Below, in pieces: positions 52,881 to 64,000 of a stretch of 64,000 nt of DNA. Positions within the stretch are counted from its first letter, which is position 1; the number at the start of each line of letters is the position of its first letter. Below the pieces are notes generated by a model. That model did not search any database, had not been told where the DNA came from, and saw nothing but the letters and a program-made list of their open reading frames with translations. The DNA comes from Lama guanicoe. Taxonomy: Eukaryota. A program made the position numbers and the translations under genes. The stretch lies in assembly GCA_013239625.1 (NCBI GenBank), contig MU053520.1, positions 62,001 to 126,000 on the forward strand. The letters run 5' to 3'.

Positions 52881-53649
52881 TTGTTTAAACTTTCTAGTAT
52901 ATTGAAATCAGCGTTAGTTATATTATGTTGATATCTTGAGGTTATCATATTTTCTATTTTTTTTAAGACTGATTAAGGTCAATCTTTTTATAAACCAAGA
53001 TGTATCAAGATTGATTCTTTAGACTGTCTCTCATCAATTTAAAAACATAATTGAAATCTAAGCAGTCTTTAAAGTTAATGTCTTTGCACTTACATAGCTA
53101 TTTGAGTTCTCCTGGAAAAGTAAGGATTGCCCAACAAAAACCTGAAGGGATTTCATTTTAAGTTACCCGTGGCACAGATGGGAACGTTTCATGCAACAAA
53201 TATGCTTTTATAGAAAAATCTATGCTTACACTTCATTGCCATCTCTTGCAAGGCTGAAAGGGAAAATCTCTTTTTTGTTTTGGTAATATGTGTGTGGGCA
53301 GGGTCTGCTTTAACTCCCCTCTACTCTACATAGCCCTATACATGTCTTTGATGTCCCCCAAGTACACATGAAGAAGCAGAATAGAACTCATTGGAAAACT
53401 TAGGGCCTTGTTTGGTCCACTCCTTCAACCACATAACTCTTCATCCTAACAGACAGAAAGGAGCCCCGGCCCTCTGGGGAATTTGATTCACTTTCCTCTT
53501 TCTTTCTCAATGCTGAAATGCAATACTCATGCACTATCATACACTTTATCTCCCTCACTGCTTCTCAGTTTCCGCAGACCCATTCTGTTATTAGTAACAA
53601 TCTACATGAACTCTATTTTCAAGCACAGATAAAATAGTGACAATAGCAC

Positions 53650-53890
53650 AGCCTAGTGGAAGAGAATGAAAGATGCAGAGTCAAAGGCTGGCTGCAATCT
53701 TGATCTAGCCTTCACTAGTTGTGTGACACTGGGGATGTTGATTTATTTCTCTAACATTCAGATTTATCATCTAGATAAATATGACAAGTAATTGAAACTA
53801 CACTCTAGAGTTTACGTGAGCATTAGATGAGATAAATCATATAAGACACTTAGCACAGAGCATGGAAACTGTAAAATCTCAACAAAGGTA
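53650..53890 (+). mobile_element. MIR SINE
   Basis: 'agcctagtggaagag...cactagttgtgtgac...gagcattagatgagataa...acacttagcacagagcatgg'. Confidence 0.7.
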
Positions 53891-55194
53891 AGTATTGTAA
53901 TTTGAAGTCCCAGTCTGATGTATCAGGAGGTAAACCTTTCTAGATTTGAGCTCTAATCACATTATTTTTCTCATTTTTCACATCTGTTAAATTAAAATGA
54001 GAAAACCCACAGCTTAGGATTGTTATGTGAAACATTTAGTCCAATACCCAAGAATCGTAAAAGTCACAGGGTTAGGAATGGAAAACATAAGACATTCAAT
54101 ATTTTTTTCTTTGGCTATGACCTTAATAAATCTGACTTACATTATCCTTTCAGAGATATAATTAATTTTATCTTGTGGTAACACTGGAATTAAAGTCCTC
54201 CTAGTAAAGTTGTTTCTTAATATTCAATAACTAAATTTGAAAATTATTCTTCTTTGGAGTGCAAGAAAGCTGAGAATTACTACTTAGGCCCCAGCCTAAG
54301 AAATTTAACAGAGACTCCCAGTGGGGACAGAGGTAGTTTATGAAACTTCATGTGCTCTTCTCAATTGAACTGGCTTTATAATTGGCTCCAAAATCAATTT
54401 TCACTTAGTAGTGGTTTGGCATTTCATATTTGCTGTTAAAACTGTGAAAAAGCAGTTAAGAAGAAAAGCACATGACTTTTAGGAATTGTTTTTGGCCACA
54501 TCAAAAGCACAATGGAAGCTAAATGTTAGACATTGTGACTGTTAAAATGATGCAATGCTTTGAAGAAATACAAGGGACTGGGGTAGATTCACTTCTAGGT
54601 GGCATGGGTGTCTACTGGCAGCCCTAATAGATATTGATTTTTTCCTTGCATTTATTTTCTTCCATTTCTCAGCATTTAAATCCACAACATAATCTCTTGT
54701 TTTTTTACCTTAAGAACCTTGAGGCAAAGGAGGGAGAGGGTTTTAAAAAGAAAAAAAAAATCCTTAGGTTTTCAAGATATAGTAGGTTGGACTTATCTTT
54801 CAAAATTTCCTTCCCACTCTGGACTTTTGTATCACAAAATATATGTTCCAACACACTCCTCTAAAGCAAAAAAAAAAAAAAAAAAAGAAAAAATATCCAC
54901 TCTTCTTTCAGAAAAAGAGATAATCTGTTCACATATTTATGTGGAAGATTGTTTTAATTTTAGCAATTCTGCAACCTAGTAGTGTCATGGTTTGTGTGCT
55001 AGGTCTGAATATAACAGATGCCTTTTAGACCACAGGGAGTATGGGAAGCTGGAGGGAATTCCATAGCAACAGTAACTAAAGCTCAGATCATAAAAACCAT
55101 TCCCCAGGACATCTTTATTCATATGTAGACAGGCTCCATCCTGATTGGCTGATGAAAAATATACAAAAACTTTACCAATACAAACATTTTGAAT

Positions 55195-55428
55195 AAACAT
55201 ATATACATATAATAGACATATATATGATGTATGTACAATCTACATATTTGTATTAGTAAATTTTTCTGCACTTTTTATACATATAAATTACTTTGTATAA
55301 ATATATATAATGTATAAAGTACTTCTGTATATATATGTAAACACACATATGCATATATATATATATGTCTGTATGTGTGTGTGTATGTGTATATATATAT
55401 ATACATACACACATATATATATATATAG
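55195..55428. repeat. TA/TG/CA low-complexity tract
   Basis: Direct inspection. Confidence 0.85.
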
Positions 55429-57817
55429 TCTTTAGTGGAGGAATTGTAAAAATTTGCTTCTTTCATATTTTTAAATCTGCTTTCTTATCTTTCTTTCCTT
55501 TTCATTCAAGCAGATAAATTTGTGACTGAGGCAAGCAAAAATCCATCTCACAAAACATTTGGGGTCTTTAAGCACAAGCTTAAGTAAACAAAGGCATAGT
55601 TTTTTGTTTGTTTGTTTGTTTTTTGAAAACAGAGTTAATTCCTTATATTATGTAACTAGAAAACCTTATATAGTGTCTGATACTCAGTAGATGCTAATTC
55701 TTATCAATGAATGAATAAATGAGTAGATGAATGAAAATGATCTTGAAAGAATTGTTGGATCTGGGTGTCTGCTCTTCATTACTCTGCATTTTTAGGCATA
55801 TAAACACACTTTGTTTTCTGCTTCTGTGGAGAACTCTTATGTGCAGCTCTGCATTCCAAAGTTCATGGCTAGTTGGCTTTTTGTGATGTAGTCTAACTGC
55901 AAGCCAAACAGCATGAACATTTCAATAAGGACATATCAAACAACTCATGAACACCATAAAGGGAAATGTGTTTCATGGCTTTTGGTCTACCAGTAGTTTT
56001 ATTTTTCTGCAGACTATGCTGACAACTCATTCCTGACTGGACAGTAGATGGAATTTATTAGAGCTAAAATGTGCTTTGTTTAAATTTTATGCCAATGTAT
56101 TTCTCCAAGTGTTCATAGTGGATCATGATCTTGAGAACCAAACAGGGTTAAATATAAATAACAAGTTTGTCACCATATTTTTCAAAAATTTAAATCACAA
56201 AACTTGCATCTTATAAACAAAATGTTATTGAGTTAAATAAGAGAAAACCATTGCAATGGAAATATCAATCAAAAGCTTTGCCTGAGGCAATTCCATTGTA
56301 TATCATTCTAAAATTTGTTTAGCAAATATATTTAGGGATGTCTAATATAAACTACTAATGTAGTGAATAAACAAGAAGAGTCTCAGATATACTGAACTGT
56401 AAAGTAAAATCTCAGCCTCATTTTTAACACCATGTATAAATGACTTTAAAGTCCTGAGACTCTCTCTGAATAGAGCACAGAGGAAAATAGTCTCACAAAT
56501 TCACACACATAATTAGTACACAGCAAGACCACAAGAGATTACTGGGTCATTGCTGAGAACAACACATTGGTCTACATTGTTTCAAGCTTGCTGGAAGGGG
56601 TCATATCATAACACATGATAAAACATAATAGGAAGCCTGGTGCTTTCAGCATTTTAATTTTAATCTTTATAAAATTATGCAAATTGAGAATCAATATGCT
56701 CATGAATTTTCTGATGAGAAAACAGAGGTTCCGAGAGCTTCATTAGCTTGCCTGCTGTGACATAGGTGCGCACCTGCATAGTCAGCAGTCAAGCAGTCAG
56801 ATGCAGCAATTATGAATTCTTCTTTGAAGTTTTTTATCCTAAGCCATACAAACCTTGACTGTGGGAAGATACTATAGTGTTCCCTTTGGAAAAACATAGA
56901 ATGATTAATCATAGTATTTGAATTCATTTGTAGAAGTGTTGTCTTGGATCTTTGAATGGGAAGCTAGAGACCTAACAGCCGAATTCCCAAAATGAGCCTT
57001 TCTGCCCAGTAGCTGCTTTCAGAACTCTCCTTCTGTTTACTTAGGGAAGGCACTTAGTATATTTGCTGACTGTTCTTTGTAAGTGAGGACATTTAACAAG
57101 GAAATAATGGCCTCATGGGTAAAAAATCATAAAATGAAATACTCTAAGGCATGTACGTTTTACCATATTAAATTAAAAACACACCATCTACTACAATCCC
57201 TCAGTAAACAAAGAGGAAAGCAAGCAAAAAGAATGCTAAGCAAATATTTTTATTAAGAAAATAACTTTTATTGATTGCATAATATTCATAAAATTAATAA
57301 ATGCTTAGTGCATACATTTGCATAATAAAGAACATAACACAAAATTGCATGAAACTCAGCCAAAACACTAGCTAGAGATAAGCATTATTTTAACTTTACT
57401 AAAGCCTTTAAACAATTTTCAAAAATCAGAAATTATACTATATATGCTCTTTTGTAATGTTTTTAATTATGAGTATAAATTGAGATTTTTCTTTTTATTG
57501 TATATTCTTCTAAAGAATTACTTTTGCCTACAAAAGTATTATATGTATAATGTAATTTAACCAGTTCCATATTATTAGCCTTTGTGATGACTAACACTTT
57601 TTTAAATTTCATGAAATTAAGACTGTGATAAACAATTTCTTACATAAATCATAGAAGTGGAATTCTTTTTCAAAAATATCAAAGTATCTTTTGAAAGAAT
57701 TGTGACATTTTATCAAATACATACTACCTTCCAAACCCTCTAAACCAATGACTGTTGCATGTGTATTAGTATGTTCACCTGAATCCTTTCCAGTACTAGA
57801 TATTTTTATTAAAATAA

Positions 57818-58012
57818 AAGATGACAACTAAAAATTCTACCTAATGTCTGAATACTTTACTTTTGAGAAGATGACAACTAAAAATTCTACCTAATGTCTG
57901 AATACTTTACTTTTGAGAAGATGACAACTAAAAATTCTACCTAATGTCTGAATACTTTACTTTTGAGAAGATGACAACTAAAAATTCTACCTAATGTCTG
58001 AATACTTTACTT
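57818..58012 (+). repeat. Perfect 50-bp minisatellite, 3.9 copies
   Basis: Unit aagatgacaactaaaaattctacctaatgtctgaatactttacttttgag starts at 57818, 57868, 57918 and 57968 (last copy 45 bp). No mismatches. Confidence 0.98.
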
Positions 58013-60549
58013 AACATTGAACTTTATTATTTTTACATTTGTATACATTTGTATATATGTGTGTATGGATACACTTTTTGTTTTTTTTTTGGCCATTTAA
58101 AAATTTCTCCTTTGAATTTTTTTTTCTTAACAGAAATGTTTATCTTTTTATACTGATTCAAAGAGCTATGTATATATTAGAACTAACACTCCTTGGATTG
58201 TAATTATATTGCAGGTATTTTCTCCAACTTTTTTTTTTTCATTTTCCTTGGCTTTTTATGTACTAATGCATGGTTTCCTCCCTTGCTTTAAATCTCAAAA
58301 AGTTTCTTCTTTAACTATGATACAGAAACACAGATGAACACAGAACTATGCAGAGAAGCAGAAAAATATTGCAATATGCTAGTGTCTATATTATTAATCT
58401 AAAGTTGTCCATAACATTCCCTCATTATTATTTTAATGCCTATAAAATCTACAGTGATACCACTTCTTTTATTTCCATAACTGCTAACTTACACTTCTCT
58501 CTATTTTGCTTTTTCCTGATCAGACTGACTTTGGGATTTCATCAATGTTATTGATCTTATCAAAGAATTGGCTTTGGTTTCAAAAGCAAGCACTAGGTTT
58601 CAAAAAACATTAATGCATAATAATATATGTAATACAATGCTAAAACAAACCCAACTGCACCAACCAAAGTAATAGCACAGCTCTGTAAAAATTACTTGGG
58701 TTTGTTTTTAAAAGAAATAATTGACTGACAAAATCAAGATTTTTAGGTAGTAGTGTGTATAGTGTTTTGTTTTGTTTTGTTTTGTTTTAAGAGGCTGCAT
58801 TTAGTGAAGGCATGGGAGAAAAGTTTGGGATAAAAATATCTGAAGAGTTCAGGATAAGAATATTTGAGCTATAAAGATGCTTTTAATTTATCATTTTGTG
58901 GATCATTCAGGTATAATAATAATTTCAAAAGACATTCACAGAAAGCTTAGCTATCTCTATTCTTTGAAAAAAATCATTAAATTAGTGTAACTTCCAATAA
59001 TCATTAAAAAGATTCTATGAAAGAATTTAGATTATAGTTTCCTTAAAAAGTAATAATAACAAGAGAAAATGTCACAGATTGCCAAAGTGTAAATTAGGAC
59101 AATTCCTTTGAAATGAACATTTGGCAGTATGTGATTCAAACCAGTATTAATGTCTTGATCTGTCAATTCTCAGTCTGGGAAACTTTCCTGAGGAAATAAA
59201 CTGTAATGAAGAAAAATCTTTATGCCCAAAAATATGTTTACTGTAGCAATATTGTTTTTCAATTGTAAAAATTCAGAGACAGTTCTTTGCTCCACAATAT
59301 GGTAATAGTTAAATTAATTGGCTCATCCAGTCATTTGAGTATATTTTAATCACTGAAATGTTTACAAAGACTATGTAATGATTTTGAAAATGCTTATGAA
59401 ATAATGTTAAGTAATTTAAGAAGGATTATACACAGTCAATTATAATTCTTAATAAGCAAATGCAAATGAGAAGGATCCAGAAAGTCAATATGTTAATGGT
59501 ATTCAACTTTGAAGGAGAATCAAATGGTAGAAAACAAACATTAGTTATGGAATGGAGACTAGAATTTAAATTAGTCGGCATGTCTTATCTGTGACTCACT
59601 ATGTTATACTTAACTTACTTATGTAAGGTACATGATATCTCCTTTCCTTACTTTCTTCAGCTTTGTGAAAGGAAAGATAATATCAGTATTATATCATAAG
59701 TAATTGTTTTATTAAATGAGTTATTATATATAAAACATTTAGAACAATGCTCAAAACAAACACTCTTCAGATACTAGTTATAACTTGGATCATGGATAAT
59801 GTATATTTCTATATTATATTTTCAGTAATATATTTACATATAATAGAATCACAAAAAATAAACAACTAGCACAGACTTACTTATCAAATATTTCTGCATT
59901 TTATTTTCCATTTTCAAATCAGTGTGTGTGATGGAAAACTAGAGAATTTCACTTTCTAAATTTAGCTCCAATGGCAAGAGGATTTACAAATTTTATGTTC
60001 AACCTGACAGAATTGCTGAATGCTTCCTTCTTTACTTGTGTGGTATATTTGCTTTTTCCACCAGCAACCGCTACATTACCAGGCAAAAGGGAATAAAACT
60101 TTTATAGATTTGCTTATGCCAATTATTCTCCTGGTTTGTAAACATTGAAACAATATTGAAAAAAACTAGGAAATCAAACTCAAATTGTTTGGGTTCCGTA
60201 CATTTGACTCCATGATTTGTAAAATATTTACTAATTTTGAGAGCAGTTTTACTTATGGAGTGAAATGCACATAATCCAAAAATTTCCTTTGCTTACAATA
60301 TGCATTTTAAAATGAATAGGCCAGAAAATTATGAAATTTAGAAATGGTCATACATGGACAGCTTATATGTGATAGATATAAGAAATTCTTTCAAAAGCCT
60401 GGGAATATGGTGCCCATTTAGCTATAATGAATGTTTACTGATTGATCATTCCCCTCCAATTTACATTTCTACTGTTAACATTACTTAATACTCTCACAAA
60501 AACCATCAACTATGTTCATGTGAAAGTCTTCAACTTTTAAGGAGGATAT

Positions 60550-61070
60550 TCCTAAGAACAATTTTAATTGCAAATGGGGAAAAAAAGCAACTCAAACTGA
60601 CTTAAACAGAAAAGGAATCTATTGGCTTAAGGTAGCTTAAAATTGAAGAATTAGTTTTGATTTCAACCACACCTGAATCCAGGGTCTCAAACAATCCATC
60701 AATCACTATGAAATTCTTTTGCAGTTTTGCTACACATTTCTAAGTCCTGTGTCTACAGGCTGGTTACCTTCATGTGGTCACAAGATAGCTCTTAGCAGTT
60801 TATGCTGACATTCTATTTGCTTCAGCTCCAGGGAACAAAAGCTTATTTTTCCAAATATTTACAGCTTCATCTTATTTGCTGTAATAGATCTTGCTTAGGT
60901 CACACGCCTATTGCTAAAAAATCATTATAAACAAGATTGTAGGGAATATACTGAATAGACAGATTTAGGGCACTAGCCAAACCTGGAGATGAAAGATGTC
61001 CAACTAATACAAAATATAAGGACAGAGAGTAGGTAAGCTGCACATGAAAATTAGGGTGTGGTTACAAAGA
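60550..61070. mobile_element. Old MLT1-like LTR
   Basis: 'ttgcaaatg...aactcaaactgacttaaacagaaaaggaatctattggct...tgaatccagggtctcaaac...caagatagct'. Confidence 0.5.
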
Positions 61071-64000
61071 AGCAGTAATGAATGAAGAGGTATGTTAAAA
61101 TATTAAAATGCTCTGTAGTAAGATATTAAATTATATGTGCACATTATCTTTGCATGTATGTATATATATATATATTTTTCTCTACATAGGTAGGTAGATA
61201 GATAAATGATATATACATATGTTTGTACATATATTGATTGGACTGAACTTGTTAATTAGGATACAGCTGCATTTTTTTCCCAATCAGTGACTTTAGACAT
61301 ATACTGTTGAATCTTTTTCCTGTCTATCAGCATTTTGGGGGGAATCTCGTAATTCTCTAGTCATTTTCAAATCTAAGAATAGTCTCATTTATATATTTTA
61401 AAATCCAATCTAAATTATACTAAATCACCACATCCATTTTTCATCCATTTCAATAATCTTTCCATCCCCTCAGCTCAGGCCTAAGGCTTGGTGATCTGCA
61501 ATGAGAAAGTAAGTTGAGATTTGATCTTTTCTGACTCTACTTCTTTCCATCCCCTGTTTCTAGTTTCACTAGCATTGGAGAGATGAGGAGAGGCAAGTGA
61601 AGAGATAGGATTAAAGATACATTTAGTTGGCAGACACTACTTAGCCATCATGATTTTTGTTAATCTCATTGACTATTCCATAGGGTCCTGAAGGAGTCTT
61701 TAGAGATCTCACCCCCATTCATACTGCATCTGTCCCTAATAGGAGGGGCATTTCCACTTGATCTATTTTATCTCTCACATAACCAACACCCACCTTCTTG
61801 CACACTGGGGGATCATCTCTAGTGTCTCTCTGATGGAGTTACTTTACTTTGTCAAGCAATTGTCTTATAGGGGTCCTCTTTAAGAGATCTCAGTTACTTC
61901 CTCAGTATCTCCCTGGTCTATGGAAAATATTGTACATCCCTGCTTTGCCAAAAGATCATGGCGGTTTGCTACCACTGCTCTCCTCCCTCTGTGTCTTACT
62001 TCACCATGTATCTACTCCAGCCAGCCTCCAGGCTTCAGCCTTCTCTGGGTAAGAAGCAGCTGCCTCATGTACCACTCTGCCCCAGAATTTCTCCAAATCT
62101 GGGAGACATATGTTACTTCATCCCAGGATCTCACTCACTAATCTGTGCTTCATTCCCTTAGTGTCACGAGAGCTTCCAGTGGTCCATTTTCAGAACAAGT
62201 GGGTGGTTTGTTGCTTGCAATCATTACCATCACTATAAATGTTTCTTTGGGCACCCACTGTCTTGGAAAAGATAGACTTTCACCTATCCATTTTCCTGCT
62301 TGAATGAATTTCTCTCCAAATTCTCATTTTCTCTTTTACCGTATGAGTAAATGATGTGACCAGTGATTAAAAGGCTGCTTTTATTCTATTCTAGTAAATC
62401 TTTCCTGGATGTGTCTAGCCTATTTATTTAAAAGTGGGGAGGAGGGTAGAATTTATTTTTTGTTGTTTTCAGCTTGGGGGCTTCAGAAGAAATCTGAAAT
62501 AGTAGGAAAAGTATTATTTCACATCATGATAATTATATGATACATTTCACATACATTAACACCCAGGAAAAACCAAAGATTTTCTTGTACGGACTTATCA
62601 CAATAGAGTGCTTTGAAGGCAAACACTGTTAGCCATTTCTATAGATGAGAATATGAGTCAGAGAGCATTACTGCTTTGTCCAAGCTCTCTCACTGGCCAA
62701 AAGCCTTGGTCGTCCCCATTTCTAACGTGTGTTTTCCCCATTGAAATACTTTCAATATCTTCTATGCATTAATTTAATTGTAGGGTATGAGCAATTCTAT
62801 AATTGTTTTTGTTTCTAACAACTTATTCTTTAAATGATTTCGTGTCTGCTTTGTGTTTTTGTGTGTGTGTGTGTCTGTTTATGAACTTAATTTACTTTGA
62901 GTTACTGTTTATTCTACTGTTTGGAAAACTGTGACTAAAGTCACAGTACACTTAGTGTATGTCTAATGGGGATTCTGCAGAAAATCATTCACTTATTTTG
63001 TAACTAAAATTTAAATCTAATCTTGAGTGGTTCTTATATTTTCAATCAGACTCAGTTCATAATGGTGATACGTGAAGAACTCCATGACAAAAAGAGACAA
63101 GCTTTGCCTGCTCCCAGCCTGGATGGAGCCAAGGGAGAAAACTATTGCCTGTACCAAACAAATTATGCTTTTCTATTTTAAAGAAAGAGCAGCTGGGAAC
63201 TACCTCACCCAACATAATACAGAACAGAACCCCATCTTAACCCTTTCACTCAGAAATCTGTACACAGTGCCCCAAAGTCAGCAGAGGCCAGGGATACCAG
63301 GCATGTTGACACTCTTGTCAGGCTGCAGTGTCAGTGTGCCCGGGGTTGACGCGATATCCCCAGGGAAATCTTTAATTTAAAAGGGTGATACAAAATCTGC
63401 TGTCACAGCAAAGATCTGTCAGTCACAGGCACAGCCACAAACTACAACTTGCATCCCCAGTCACCTGGAATTTCAGATATTGCTATGTATCCACACCATG
63501 TATAGCCCTTTTCACTATAACCGTTAAGGGAGCAATTGTCAAGTAGAAGTGAGGGATTCTAAATTTCCTCCTTTTTTCCCCCTTTGGTCTAAAGTATTCA
63601 TTATACACAAACTAAGAAATCCACTACTGACTGCTTTCTACCACTGGCTTTTCATCGGGGCCTGCACTACAATTTTTGTTAGTGTGCTTCTCTGGCAGGC
63701 TTCCTTCTTCTCAGTGATCTTTGGAACTGTTCTATACAAGGATCACTGTTTTCTCTGCTGGAGAGGTATGTGGCTCTGTGAGAAACACTGGAAAATGTTA
63801 GACATTAACTGTGTCCTCTGAGCCATGGACAGATATAAACAATACTTTAATTGTACTAATAACGATTAGAATAAGAGGGAATTCAATGTTAAGAAGGAAA
63901 AAAGCAGGGAATGGGTGGTTACACACGTATGGTATAGGTTGGCGACAAAGGAAGGAAATGTAGAAAATATGTGGACAGGACTTACCACTGTGTTTCCATC

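Noticed and set aside
57818..58012. CRISPR-like regularly spaced repeat
   Set aside because: Units are head-to-tail identical with no variable spacers, there are no cas genes, and the context is mammalian.

Overview
AT-rich placental-mammal genomic DNA with no intact protein-coding gene that I can support. The LINE-1 3' ends resemble artiodactyl L1s, and I see no Alu/B1/PRE1/Bov-tA/Can-SINE copies, which tentatively suggests a camelid. The window opens with the 3' ~1.8 kb of a disabled, intronless processed pseudogene of GBA2 (GH116 non-lysosomal glucosylceramidase). The rest is dominated by LINE-1: one full-length but dead element (16.7-24.2 kb), several 5'-truncated copies from at least two young subfamilies, a twin-primed inverted copy, and nested old L1M fragments. 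There are also ERV/MaLR LTRs, MER DNA transposons, MIRs, microsatellites and a perfect 50-bp minisatellite. The most unusual structure is an ~0.85-kb composite segment present twice in inverted orientation ~3 kb apart (31.9-32.7 kb and 35.7-36.5 kb). The second copy has a poly(A) tail, a 15-bp target-site duplication (TSD) and an L1-endonuclease-like site, so it looks like a local retrocopy of a non-coding RNA, with patchy arm-to-arm identity. I found no convincing new gene system. Repeat family names come from recalled consensus features and need RepeatMasker/Dfam confirmation.
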